Source: Octopus sinensis
Taxonomy: Eukaryota
NCBI RefSeq assembly: GCF_006345805.1
Contig: NC_043007.1
Span: forward strand, 18,290,001-18,354,000
Reading direction: 5' to 3'
Length of the DNA: 64,000 nucleotides
Under the pieces are notes generated by a model, which saw only the letters and a list, made by a program, of their open reading frames with translations, was not told the DNA's origin and did not search any database. Positions 38,122 to 51,820 of this stretch are shown here, one piece after another. Both the position numbers and the translations under genes were made by a program. Numbering within the stretch: position 1 is the stretch's first letter; each line of letters begins with the position of its first letter.

Positions 38122-40119
38122 ACAATTATTTTTTTTTCAATTTGTCATATAATGTGATAGTGTTTGCTAGATCTCAAATGGATGATTACAAGGATTAATA
38201 TCATATTCTATATATGTAAGTGTGTATGTGTGCTTTGTATTTTAAGCTGTTTCAGCTGTGAACAGCAGGAAGAGATCTGAATGGATGAGAAGATTGAGAT
38301 AAACAGTTTTGCTTCAAAATCTACTGTACTGATGCGACTCCCTACTCAGTTTTGGTTCTGCATATGCTCTGTACAAATCAAAGAGATGATCAGACAGATA
38401 AACCATTCTGTTGATAATAATCATTATCTATTTGTGTGTGTGTGTCCTCTGTATGTAATCATTTAAATTCTTCTTCTTGGTCAGCCTGAGGCTACAGTAG
38501 AAGATACTTGCCCAAGGTGCCATGATTATTTGAAGCTTATTCATTTTGAGATTTACAGGAAAACTTAATTTAATCAGAAACAACAAACCCAGGTGTGCAG
38601 GAATAATAAAGTTGACTGTTGTTTTGTTCTGCATTCAATTTAGTTTGTTGTTTGATTGAACCAATCAAAACTTAACAGAAAAAGTCAAACAAAACACTTA
38701 ACAGGTTTCACACCAAGTCCTAAAGATATTTTTGCACCAACAACACTAGTAGAAGGTTCAGTTTCATGACCAATAACAGTGTTCAACCATTCTTCAGATA
38801 TTTTATCCAAATTACTTGATGGAAAAATAGATGGATCAAAGCCAGACATATCACTTCTGTGTACAGAAAAAAATGGATATCTCACTCTGGTTGTCATTTC
38901 CAAAGCCTTTTCTGCCATTAATTCATTGATTAAATCATAGAATAAACTGTAACTATAGCATGATTAGAGGTTGGTGGCAACTAACTCCTTCATTTTGTCA
39001 CTGTTTATCTCAGTTGGTTGGCCAGAGGGAGGTGCATCTTGAACCAAAAAATTTCTCAAAAGAAATCTTGAAAATCACTTCTGGCACACACTTTCTATAA
39101 CAGCATCCCCTCCATTAAACAGCAAATATCTTCCTGTAAGTTTCTAACACTTTCTTTCTGTTTTTTTTTTTAAATAAAAGGGCATGAGGTGTTGATAATG
39201 TTTGTGTTTCTCTATTTTCGGGAAGATTCCAAGTATTTTTTACACTACACCTGATTTTCTCCCCTCCAAACATATGCAAGCATGAATCTGACTCATACAC
39301 TGTTCGCTTTCCAGACATCTGTACATTACTGCATATGCTTTATACGCACTTTTGACAAGTTGTGGTGCACCTGAGCACTGTATACAACAATTTCATTATT
39401 ATTATTATTATTATTATTATTCAAGATACAACCTGCCTCTTTGCAAGTTCATGCCAAACTACATTGATGCAAAAGGGACAGACTGAAGTTAGCTACTTAT
39501 TCGAGTGCTTCAAGTTTACTGTTGATAAAAACCGAACAGAATTTTAGGTCAATCCAATACAATAGCACGGTATACAACAAAAGTATAATGAAGGCATAAA
39601 TAAATGAATATACACCACAATAGAATAAAATGTAGACATGCTAAAATGGTTTTTTTTTCTACAGTTTATTGGGAAAATGTGTGAATATGTTTGTATTTTA
39701 GTGAGAATGTGCATATACAAATTAATGTGTGTATTCCCATGCATTAATTCTCCTTAGGATGCATACATGTCTGTGTGTATTAACTCATGTGAATATTCAT
39801 CTATTAGCTGACGTAAGTATATGTGTAAGCACTCACATGAGCAAACGTGTGTGTGTGTGTGTTTGTGAGCTCACATGAATATTTGTATGCATGGTTATTT
39901 TCATGAATGTCTGTGCATGGTCACATGAGGGTATTTATGTAAATGGTCACATGAATGTGTACGTGATCTGGCAAGTGTATCTACATTTAAATACTTTATC
40001 ATAGCTGATTAATGCCAGTATAGTATTGTTTATTCATTAGATTGGAAGAAGGACATTCTCCCCGGCTGTTGTACAAACACCACTGTTGGGAGACAGTCCA
40101 TATATCTCTTCTGCATCCT

Positions 40120-40552
40120 TCAACAGCCACAGTCGAACCAATTCTACTATATGGCTCAGAAACCTGGACGTTATCAAAGAAGCTGGAGAGGCAGTTGGAT
40201 GGAACCTACACTCGCCTCCTTATGAGAGCTCAAAATCTCTTGTGGAAGCGTCATCCAACCAAAATGCAAATATATGGGGAAACTACCACCTGTGTCATCT
40301 CTTGTGAAAGGTAGGAGAGTCCAGTTTGCTGGACATTGTTGTAGAGCTGAAAATGAGGCAATTTATACTCTTCTCCTCTGGAAGCCATCTGCTCATGATA
40401 CCAGAGGGCGCTTACTCTCCTACCCTGATGTAATCTCCAGGGATACAGGCATCCAGCAACAGGACATCCGTAATGCCATGATGGACCGTGAAGTCTGGCG
40501 TAGCATGGTAAATTCCATTGTCTCGACCACGGTCGAACAATGATGATGATGA
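40120..40552 (+). mobile_element. Second RTE-like LINE family, frameshifted C-terminal fragment with (TGA)n tail
   Basis: ILLYGSETWTLSKKLERQLDGTYTRLL / RRVQFAGHCCR...AMMDREVWRSMV. Confidence 0.88.
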
Positions 40553-40794
40553 CATCCTTCAAGATTTGAGATCAGAGATAACCGAGAGAAATTAGTGAAA
40601 GTTGGTGATATTTGCTGTGAATTATTGTAAGTTGGTGATTGAAAAGGATGTAAGAGTGAGAAAGAATTTAGCAAAGAAGAATCTGAAACGAGACATTATT
40701 ATGATGGAAGAGTGAAAAGGTAAAAAGAGACTGGGTAGGATGAATTTATGGAAAAAAGAAATGAAAATCAGAAAATTCAAAAGAGCATAAAGAG

Positions 40795-41097
40795 ATCCGT
40801 AAAAAGCACCATCCGAATGTGGCCGATGCCAGCACCACCTTGACTGGCTTCCGTGCTGGTGGCACGTAAAAAGCACCAATCCGATCGTGGCCGTTGCCAG
40901 CCTCGCCTGGCACCTGTGCCGGTGGCACATAAAAAGCACCCACTACACTCTCGGAGTGGTTGGTGTTAGGAAGGGCATCCAGCTGTAGAAACACTGCCAG
41001 ATCAGACTGGAGCCTGGTGCAGCCTTCTGGCTTCCCAGACCCCAGTCAAACCGTCCAACCCATGCTAGCATGGAGAACGGACGTTAAGCGATGATGA
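40795..41097 (+). mobile_element. RTE LINE 3'UTR copy
   Basis: ggcacgtaaaaagcacc repeats, conserved block, catgctagcatgg tail. Confidence 0.85.
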
Positions 41098-41289
41098 AGA
41101 CAATGGTTGTAGACACATACAGGACAGATATAGGATGTATATCACCAGGTTACATACTCCAGCTACCTGGACAATGCCCTTGTAAAACAGCTTTCAAATG
41201 GACAGCACTGGAGAGGAAAAGAACTAGAGGAAGATCGAAAACTAATGGTACAAAACATTCATAACTGATATGACAGGCCAATATTCTTT

Positions 41290-41848
41290 TCCACTCTAGG
41301 CACAAGGCCTGAGATTTTTGGAGGGTGGGGACGGTGGATCAGATTGATCCCCAGTACGCAACTGGCATTTAATTTATCGATCCCGAAAGGATGTAAGGCA
41401 CAGTTGACCTTGGCGGAATTTGAACTCAGAATATAAAGACAGATGAAATACCTATTTCTTTACTACCCACAGGGGACTAAACAAGCACAGACACACGGAT
41501 TAAGTCAATTACTTCGACCCCAATGCATAACTGGTACTTATTTAATCAACCTCGAAAGGATGAAAAGCAAAGTCGACCTTGGCGGAATTTGAACTCAGAA
41601 CGCAGCGGCAGATGAAATCCCTATTTCTTTACTACCCACAAGGGGCTAAACATAGAGAGGACAAACAAGGACAGACATAGGTATTAAGTCGATTATATCG
41701 ACCCCAGTACGTAACTGGTACTTATTTAATCGACCACGAAAGGATGAAAGGCAAAGTCGACCTCAGCAGAATTTGAACTCAGAATGTAACAGCAGACGAA
41801 ATACGGCTACGCATTTCGCCCAGCGTGCTAACGTTTCTGCCAGCTCGG
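41290..41848 (-). mobile_element. SINE family B tandem trimer
   Basis: Three aaggatgaaaggcaaagtcgacct-like blocks in tandem. Confidence 0.85.
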
Positions 41849-42515
41849 CCAGATACAGAGAAAAACCACAAGCCAACAGAAACCAGTGATGTCCAACTTG
41901 CTGCGCAATGTACTCGAGAGCACAGGAGAAACCGAAACAGTGATTGTGAATGATGATTCATAGCACACATCTTTATCCCAGGCATATTTCTCTCAAGGCT
42001 TTCCATTTCCACGTAATACTACATTTAATAAAAACCAATCATAATGGATGGACCTTTGCTGTAAGTGGATGTTAGAAGCAGTTAAAAAGAAACAATAAAA
42101 ATGCTATAGAAAAACATCTTTTTAGAATAATGATGGATCATATTAATGCACTTAATTAGTCTGGTTTTTTTGTTTAATATCTCAGTAGCACACATACATG
42201 TGTATACACAGAAGACATAGGATTGGTTAAAGTAAATATTGGAAACAGATGATATTTGAGGAAATTAATAATAATAATAGACAGACAGATATAATTAATA
42301 TATGTAGTATAAAATTATGTTTCTGTGATATGCTAGAAAAAATAATAAATATATTTCCATAGAAACAGTGGTTGCAAAATCTAGTTGTTGATATTGATTA
42401 ACTTCAGGCCAGACCTAGTCAAGTAGACCAATGATCAAAGACAGGCAAGCCACTAACCATTCCGTCTTTTGAGATAGAGTTTATCTGACTACGTAATCTA
42501 AGTCCTCATTTTTAA

Positions 42516-42735
42516 CCCTTTCATTACCAACCCGGCTGAAACTGGCTCTGGCACTGAGTACAAATGTCTTGTTTTCATAAGTTTTCAATTAAAATCTTCC
42601 ACCAAACTTTAGTCACAGTTTATGTTCCTAACACTAGCTGAATGATATCTAAGTTATTTTACTAAATTCTTTGTAATATTTAAAGTAATTAAAAGAAACA
42701 CAGAGCATCTCAAAATAAATACAGTAATGAAAGGG
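42516..42735. mobile_element. TTAA MITE family 1
   Basis: TTAA|ccctttcattac...gtaatgaaaggg|TTAA. Confidence 0.88.
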
Positions 42736-43589
42736 TTAAGACAGCACAGTGTAATTTGAGGGAGATTTTGTCGCTATTTCTAACAGGTCAGACCATTAAC
42801 TAGACGGTCTCCTTTGACAGCCCCCAGTCAAGGTGTTAGACTAGAGTGGATGCTGATATAAGTTCAAAAGCTTCTGAGCCAATTCCCGGTGTATTACTTA
42901 AACCCTTTAGCATTTAATCCGCCACATCCAGCAAATAAATATTCTGCCAGTTTTTACTTCCAAACAGTCCAGATCCAGTTTCAAACGCCAGCCTGATAAT
43001 GTTATTTTTTTAGAAATAAACAATGACATCATGGAAATCACAACAGCTATGAGATAATGCATGATTAATTCAAAATTGGGAATAAATAAGCATTACATCT
43101 GACAAAGAAATCTGAAGGCTAAAGGGCGAAGAGTCAAGTGTGATTCATGGTCTATTTGGCTACTATACCTTTTTGATTCAAGTCACGTCATTTAGTCTCA
43201 GGTTTGCCTTAATCCAGGAGGACTATGATCAAAACTGTTCCAGCCATGACCAACCCATCTTTCTTTCAAACTTTTCATTTATTCTTTTCTTCTTTTACTT
43301 GTTTTAGTCATTTGATCACGGCCATGCTGGGGCACTGCCTTCTGTGGAAGAAACCAAACCTAGGACTTATTCTTTGTAAGCCTAGTTCTTATTCTATCGG
43401 TCTCTTTTGCCGAACTGCTAAGTTACAGGGACGTAAACAAATTGGTTGTCAAGCAATGATTTTATTCAGCCTATTCCCCTTTCAGATTCACACACTTATT
43501 GCAATGGTCCTTTCAGTTTTTCTAAGCCCTGTAAAAGAACTCAGGAGGTTGGGCCTCCAACCAAACCTTTTGCAATACCCTAAAAGCCA

Positions 43590-43708
43590 GGAACTTTTCA
43601 GCAAACCCTCGTATGAGCCTGGTGCAGCCTCCTGGCTTTCCAGACCCCGGTCGAACCGCCCAGCCCATGCTAGCATGGAAAACGGACGTTAAACGATGAT
43701 GATGATGA
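43590..43708 (+). mobile_element. Short RTE LINE tail copy
   Basis: gagcctggtgcagcc...catgctagcatggaaaacggacgttaaacgatgatgat. Confidence 0.8.
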
Positions 43709-44804
43709 TATATATATATATACATACACACGCACATGTGAACCAAAGCAAATGAGTAACTATAATTAACTAAACAAATTAAATGTTAATTATGATAAAA
43801 AGAAAAAGAAAAAAAGAAGCAGTATTATACATCCTCACAGAGAGATAAGACAATTGCAGGGCATGCAATTAATTTATCTCGTTATCTCATCTGCTTTTAA
43901 TGTATGAGTGTACATGCGTCTGTGTGCACATGCATGTATGTTTGTATAGTAAAATGTGTCATAGGAGGGGAATGTTGAAATCTGTTTTAGTAATGTTCAT
44001 TTAATCTTAATTCAATTAGTACAAATCGTTGCCACTTTGTCTGAGGTTCATGCAGTACAAAAAAAAAAAAAGAAGTAATAGGGTTTCTTACTAATGCACT
44101 TTCATTCAATTTTGTCTCCTTCTGTTTCAAATTTTCTGGTCTGTTTATAAAACAGTAAACCATCATACAAATAACATTTATTTTACTGAACAATGTTCAT
44201 GTTTGTCCTATGATGTTCAACTCCACATCACACCAAAGATACAGTATTTAAATTAGTACTAATTTTTTCCACATATCATCCTATGATGCACCTGGACACA
44301 TCACCATCGATGTTTCCTGGTGTCAATATATGTCTTGGGTCTTTCAACACCAGACACTTTCATCCAAGCAACCCAGCTGAGCTTGATCAAGCCCCAGCTC
44401 ATGCCTGGTTAACACTACTCCCGGGTAGTATTAACCCTTCCCGGCCTCATAGTGACCTTGTGACAACCTTTAGTGCCTCTAAAAATAATCTGATAGTCAT
44501 GCAGTCAACTGGCCCATGATGCCAAACAGGTTGTAAGTTTTGCAGAGGGATTGACCAGCAAGTCCTCTGCAGAGATAACATGTGGAACACAATGAACATT
44601 AAAAATATAATGTAACATATTTAAGGGATGAGGAAAAGAAATATTAGCAGGATGACTAAATATCATTTTGATCATTTCAGCAATACAAGAGATAACTTCA
44701 AACATATTTCTGCTTAATTTATCTATACAGAGAATCTCTTTGGCAAGCATTGCGAAGGCTGATGAAGTCCAATATACATTACTGTACGTTACTATGTATG
44801 AAAT

Positions 44805-45175
44805 ATCATCATCATTGTCATTTAACGTCTGTTTTCCATGCTGGCACAGGTTGGGCAATTTGACAGGAGCCAGTAAGGTCAGAGGCTGCACCAGGCCCCA
44901 TTGTTGGTTTTGGCATGGTTTATAAGGCTGAATGCTCTTCCTAGTGCAAACCACTTTACAAATTGTACTGGGTGCTCTTTATGTGGCGCCAGCACCGGTG
45001 CTTTTCGATGGCACCAGCACCGGTGCTTTTCACTTGGCACCAACACTGGTGCTTTTCGATGGCACCAGCACCTGTGCTTTTCATATGGCACTAGCACCAA
45101 TGCTTTTCACATGGCACCAGCACCGATGCTTTTCACATGGCACCAGTACTGGTGCTTTTTATGTGGCACCAGCAT
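44805..45175 (-). mobile_element. LINE 3' end of the same subfamily as the array-bearing copy, with ~8 satellite units
   Basis: Shares ccactttaca..gtactgggtg with 18880-18905; units ggcaccagcaccggtgcttttcacat. Confidence 0.85.
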
Positions 45176-46176
45176 TGACAGGGTCACCAAGTAATTTGCA
45201 AGACAAAACTCTTTCAAGATATCAATTCTTCATGAGTAAAACAAGATGTCAAATATCTCAATCCTTAGTCATCTCCTTCATCTCTTCCTGATGTCAACTG
45301 CATGAAATGCAATAGTTTATTGGTACATCCCAATAATTCTGAAACAAGTCTAGCATTGTTCGTTTTCTCCTGTACTTGCCAAAATGATTAAACAATATTA
45401 GTCATCAAATTAATGTAGTCTTTTAACCCAGTGCAAAAAATCATTAATTTTTCATACTATGAAAAATTAATGATTCCAAACTTCAGCTTGGAATACCACT
45501 GAGTTAAAACTGCATCACACAACCATGCTACCATTTTGTATAGATTACAAGTTATTATATCCAGTTCTATTAGCAGCAGAAGATAACACATTTCCCTCAG
45601 TTGATAGCATTCACTACCTCTGTACACATATCACATATATAGAGAGAGTGTGTGTGTGTGTGAGAGAGTGCATATGCGTGTGAGAGAGTGCATATGCATG
45701 TGTGTGAGTACATGTGTATATGACAGGAACACTTTTGAATGTTAAAAACATAGTTAAAATGTTTGATAATTAAAATAGAAATTATTAGAAAAAAAAAAGC
45801 TCTTTTAACTGTTGGAATGTTAGAACCATAACTTTTTTTTGATTCTATGGAACTTAAATCTTTTAATTATGAGAATTATAGTTCAGCTATATATCTCAAT
45901 TCTTAGAGTTTCTCTAAATTGTTTAAAAATATTCCATCTTATTTTTTTTCTTGATATAAGAAATGTGAACGCTCCTAAATAAAGCACCAGTCTGCCTTGG
46001 GCCAAAATCTATCCTAAAATACACCATCCAACAACTTATGTTAAGTTTACCTACCGCTTCTTTTATGAGTCTTTAAAGACGAAAGCATTTGAAGTACCGA
46101 AAATTTAAGTTACTAAGAAACACTGAATATGTGATCGTAACACCATCATTATTGTTCTCAAGATAATCTTTCTAAT

Positions 46177-46483
46177 GTGGAGGCATATGGCCTAGTGGTT
46201 AGAGCAGCGGATTCGCGGTCAAGGGATCGCAGGTTCGAATCTCAGACTGGGCGATGTGTGTGTTTATGAGCGAAAACACCTAAGCTCCACACGGCTCCAG
46301 CAGAAGGTAATGGCAAAACTTCTGCTGACTCTTTCGCCACAACTTTCTCTCACTCTTTCCTCCTGCATCTTGCAGCTCACCTGCGACGGACCGGCGTCCC
46401 GTCCAGGTGGGGAACCTATACGCCAAGAAACCGGCCCTTATGAGCCAGGCATGGCTCGAAAAGGAACAAACAAACAACAACAA
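46177..46483 (+). mobile_element. tRNA-derived SINE family E
   Basis: A box ggcctagtggtt, B box ggttcgaatc; 12-bp TSD aatctttctaat; second copy at 53605-53876 (-). Confidence 0.85.
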
Positions 46484-46902
46484 AATCTTTCTAATATTAA
46501 CATGGGTAAGATGGGCCTACTATGTTGTGTTACTACTCACAACTAATGTCAACTTCCTTGTGAAATCCAACATCCAAAATTCTGATCTCATCTTTTTCCA
46601 GATCTTTATCCAACCATGACAGCACATGCATCTTTTATATGTATGACTCATCATCTATTCATGTCGTGTCTTAACCAGATTAAGCTAGATGGTCCTACAG
46701 AGCTGGCAGAGATTGAGAATCGCATTGAATATATCTGAAAAGTGGGTCATAATGGTTCAACTGTTTGATAAAAGGCAAACAGATCTGGAAACAGATGTTT
46801 CACATAAAAAAATGCTCACACACACACACATCCTTAATCTTTTTGTGTTTCGTTTTTTTTTTTCCACTTAGCATCAAGTTCATATGGAAATGTACACAGA
46901 TG

Positions 46903-47295
46903 TGCAGGAGTGGCTGTGTGGTAAGTAGCTTGCTTATGAACCACATGGTTCCGGGTTCAGTCCCACTGCGTGACACCTTGGGCAAGTGTCTTCTACTATA
47001 GCCTCGGGCCGACTAAAGCCTTGTGAGTGGATTTGGTAGAGAGAAACTGAACAAAGCCTGCCATATATATGTATGTATGTGTGTGTATATGTTTGTGTGT
47101 CTGTGTTTGTCCCCCCCAACATTGCTTGACAACCGATGCTGGTGTGTTTACGTCCCTGTAACTTAGCAGTTCGGCAAAAGAGATCAATAGAATAAGTACT
47201 GGGCTTCCAAAGAATTAGTCCTGGAGGCAATTTGCTCGACTAAAGGCACTGCTCCAGCATGGTCGCAGTCAAATGACTGAAACAAGTAAAAAGAA
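46903..47295 (+). mobile_element. SINE family A
   Basis: Full-length match. Confidence 0.85.
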
Positions 47296-47840
47296 AAGAG
47301 GAAAAAAAGATAAATTCTTAGTTAATCTGAAGAAGAGGGGGAAGTCACCATAAAACCTTTTCAATTCCTAAACAGAAAAGAACATGCTCGTATAGTTAAT
47401 GGTTGTTGGAAGAAGAAATGAGCAAAGAATTCCAGAGGTTAAGATTGGCAGACAAGAAATAGTTAAGTGTATGGCATTCAGCAGTCCAAGGCCATGCTGG
47501 AGAAGACACCATACAATTAAACATCAGAAAATGCCATATGTGAAGACTAAGCTGTCACAGTGATGTCAAATTATGCACTGCAGACGTTACATGCACGTGG
47601 ATGTCATTACTACATGCGAAAAACACCAACAGAGAGCGTAAATGAATAAGACCAAAATCCTGCAAACAGCAAAGTACAATTAATTCTTAATATATTACTA
47701 TGAAATGAGCTAATAATTTACACACAGAAAGCACATCAATGTTAGCACTCAGCTGCAATGAGTAAACACACTGATATGTTTACTCTTAAATTACAGAGAA
47801 GACAAAACAACAACCGATATCTGTATTCTGAGACACTTAA

Positions 47841-48306
47841 CCCGTTTTTGTTACTGTATTTATTTTGAGATGCTCTGTATTTCTTTCTATTATTTTCAAT
47901 ATAACAAAGAATTTAGTAAAATAACTTAGTTATTATTAAACTAGTGTTAGGAACAAAAATTTTGGCTAAGGTTTGGTGGAAGATTTTAATTCAAAACTTA
48001 TGAAAACAAGACATTTGTACTACAGAGCCAGAGGCAGTTTCAGCTGGGTTGGTATCAAAAGGGTTCATTAAAAATATCATGGTGACTTTAACCCTTTAGT
48101 TACCATATTTCTGATGAGATGCTCTGTGTTTCTTTCAGTTACTTTAAATTTAACAAAGAGTTTAGTAAAATAACTTAGTTATCATTCAGCTAGTGTTAGG
48201 AACAAAAATTTTGGCTAACGTTTGGTGGAAGATTTTAATTCAAAACTTATGAAAACAATTGTAATCAGAGCCAGAGCCAGTTTCAGTTGGGTTGGTATCA
48301 AAAGGG
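47841..48306. mobile_element. Two adjacent TTAA MITE family 1 copies (47841-48063, 48092-48306)
   Basis: Same internal sequence; CCC/GGG ends. Confidence 0.85.
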
Positions 48307-48622
48307 TTGATGATGTCTTACTAAGGTTTGTTAAAGAATTAAACCATGTCGAAATAATGTGATATGCTATAATAATTTAGATTTAATATTTATGTTAAGC
48401 TTAGGGCAGCAGATTTCTAAGCACATCAGGGGAGATGCTTAACGGCATATCGTCTGACTTTATGTTTTAAGTTCGAACTGCTACCAGGGTCAACTTTGCC
48501 TGTCATCCATTTTGGGTTGATGAAATGAATACCAGCTGGGCATTGGGGTTGATGACAGATTACGACATATATATATATATATATACACAAATATAGACAT
48601 ATACACATACATATATATATAT

Positions 48623-48854
48623 CTATTTCTTTACTACCCACAAGGGGCTAAACACAGAGAGGACAAACAAGGACAGACAAACGGATTAAGTCGATTACAT
48701 CGACCCCAGTGCGTACCTAGTACTTAATTTATCGACCCCGAAAGGATGAAAGGCAAAGTCGATCTCGGCGGAATTTGAACTCAGAACGTAACGGCAGACA
48801 AAATACGGCTACGCATTTCGCCCGGCATGATAACATTTCTACCAGCTCGCCGCC
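48623..48854 (-). mobile_element. SINE family B embedded in TA/CA microsatellite
   Basis: Full monomer; a degenerate + copy lies at 48430-48560. Confidence 0.85.
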
Positions 48855-49073
48855 ATATATACATACATATATATATATATCCACATACATATACATGCAA
48901 ATATACATATATATATATATATATGCATATGCATACGCATATATATATATGCATATATACATATTTATTATTGACATATATACATAGGCATATATATATA
49001 TATATATACGCATATATACATATGCATACATACATACATACATATACATACACATATACACACACACATATAT

Positions 49074-49106
<33 letters not shown>

Positions 49107-50065
49107 CATATAAACACACACACATATATATATACATATATACACACACACGTATATATATACACATACACATATATATATATACACATACACATATATG
49201 CACACATACACATATATGCACACATATACATATATGCACACATACATACACACATATACATAAACACATATATACACATATATATACACATATATACATA
49301 TATATATACACATATATACATATATATATACATATATACACATATATATATATATACACATATATACATATATATATATACACATATATACATATATACA
49401 TATATATACACATATATACATATATACACATATATACACATATACACATATATACATATATATATATACATATATATACACACATATATACATATATATA
49501 TATACACATATATACATATATATATATACACATATATACATATATATATACACATATATACATATATATATACACATATATACATATATATATACACACA
49601 TATATACATATACACATATATACATATACACATATATACATATACACATATATACATATACACATATATACATATACACATATATACATATATATATATA
49701 CACATATATACATATATATATACACATATACACATATATATATATACACATATACACACATATATATATATACACATATATACACACATATATATATATA
49801 CACATATACACATATATATATATACACACATACACATATATATATACACATATATATACACACACATATACACATATATATATATACACACATATACACA
49901 CATATATATATACACACATATACACATATATATATATACACACACATATACACATACACATATACACACATATATACACACACACATATACACACATATA
50001 TACACACACATATACATATATATATACACACATAAAGATATAAATATACACACAAATATACATAT
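48855..50065. repeat. ~1.2 kb compound (TA)n/(CA)n microsatellite
   Basis: Almost pure alternating purine-pyrimidine sequence. Confidence 0.97.
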
Positions 50066-51169
50066 ATCATCATCATCATCGTTTAATGATGATGATGATA
50101 TATATATGTATATTTGTGTGTGTACATTTACATCTTTATGTATATACATATATATATACACACACACACATATATATACATACATATAATTGCGAGAACT
50201 ACTGTTGACAAATCTGTATGACATTCGATTGTAAATAAATACAAAATACACATGAATTACAAGACATCAACAACGAGTGAAAAATGTTTAAATACACGAG
50301 AGATAAGTACACGATAAAATACCAAATCTTCCAAAATAATTACAGGGCATCATGGATGAGTGAGAAATACGTAAACCCGAGATAAGTACAGGACAAAATA
50401 CCAAAAGAAGATAACTCCTCGTCAGTTGTTGACTGTTTTACTACTCCGTATTTTGTACTTCCAATGAAAATATAGGAAAAACTTCATAAAACAGCAGTAT
50501 CCAGAAATTTTTAAAATATAATACTTTTGGAGAGTCAGGGCTTCAAATGAAGATAGAACAACAGAGTGGATGTACAGAGTAAACAATCAACAAATATTAA
50601 GGGCCGTTAGGCCAAGATGAATTGTAATGTATAATGCCTGGGAGAAATTTTGAAAGGATATAGAATAAATAGAAGAGAAAAAGAAATGTGAGGAGGCAAG
50701 AGAAATGATGTCCAGCTAGGTGGACGTCTGGTCCAGAAAAGACAGAGGTGAGAGAAATGGCCTATAGTCACATGTGGGCAAGAGGCAGATAGGATAAGGG
50801 AAGGAAACAAAGTGAGGAGAAGGAAGAAAACAAAGAAAGTAGGAAGTGGAAGACAGACAGGTGACAGCAATGAAGGAGGAGGAGAAACGGAAAATATAGA
50901 GGATTATAGAGGGATAGAGAGAAAGAAAGAAAGAAAACAGTGTGAACTCGCAGAATTTATATATAAATTTAAGAACTTACTGTAGACAAGGCTGCGTGGT
51001 GTTCAATTATAAATAAATAAAGAAAATACACATTAAGTACAAGACATCACCAATGAGTGAAAAATACGTAAACACACGTGAAACAAAGACTGTTCTGGAA
51101 TAAATATATAGGATCCCCAGGGTTATCAAATGCATACATCAATACCAGCACAAAATAAAACTAGTAGAA

Positions 51170-51375
51170 CATTCCCATCAAATATCTGTCAGGTGTAAGC
51201 CTAACAAGCCAGATATTGTTGTTTAGGAGAGACAAGAAAAAGTTTGTACCATCACAGAAGTCAGCTGTCCTGTTGATGTGAATATCTCTTTAAAAATCAA
51301 AGAGAAAGAAGATAACTGTGGACAACAGCTTCAAAACCTCCAGATTCTATATCACAATTATAAATTTATGTTTCA
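51170..51375 (+). mobile_element. Restriction-like endonuclease domain relic of an R2/R4/NeSL-type non-LTR element
   Basis: CKPNKPDIVV*ERQEKVCTITEVSCPVDVNISLKIKEKEDN matches the PD-(D/E)xK RLE pattern; one stop where W is expected. Confidence 0.75.
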
Positions 51376-51404
51376 TTTTTGGATTTGGTTTGTAAGACTT
51401 TTTA

Positions 51405-51805
51405 TCGCCAGCCTCGTCTGGCACCTGTGTCGGTGGCACATAAAAAACACCATCCAAGCGTGGCCGTTCGCCAGCCTCGTCTGGCACCTGTGTCAGTGGC
51501 ACATAAAAAACACCATCCGAGCATGGCCGTCCGCCAGCCTCGTCTGGCACCTGTGTCGGTGGCACATAAAAAACACCATCTGAGAGTGGCTGTTCGCCAG
51601 CCTCATCTGGCACCTGTGTCGGTGGCACATAAAATCACCCACTACACTCTTGGAGTGGTTGGCGTTAGGAAGGGCATCCAGCTGTAGAAACACTGCCAGA
51701 TCTGACTGGGCCTGGTGCAGCCTTCGGGCTTCCCAGACCCCAGTTGAACCGTCCAATCCATGCTAGCATGGAAAGCGGACGTTAAACGATGATGATGATG
51801 ATGAT
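51405..51805 (+). mobile_element. RTE LINE 3'UTR copy with a 63-bp tandem unit (~3.6 copies)
   Basis: gccagcctcgtctggcacctgtgtcggtggcacataaaaaacaccatcc repeated at ~63-bp period; (GAT)n tail. Confidence 0.88.
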
Positions 51806-51820
51806 ATGTGTTGAAGCATA

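Noticed and set aside
46177-46250. tRNA gene calls at SINE heads (also 2995, 18060-18126, 56762)
   Set aside because: A/B boxes are present but followed by repeat bodies, with TSDs seen in some; no clean cloverleaf.
48729-50251. 400+ aa ORFs on both strands
   Set aside because: Artefacts of the TA/CA microsatellite.
50400-50450. Second hammerhead (CTGACGA on the minus strand)
   Set aside because: Stem II is present but the GAAA core and stem III are missing.
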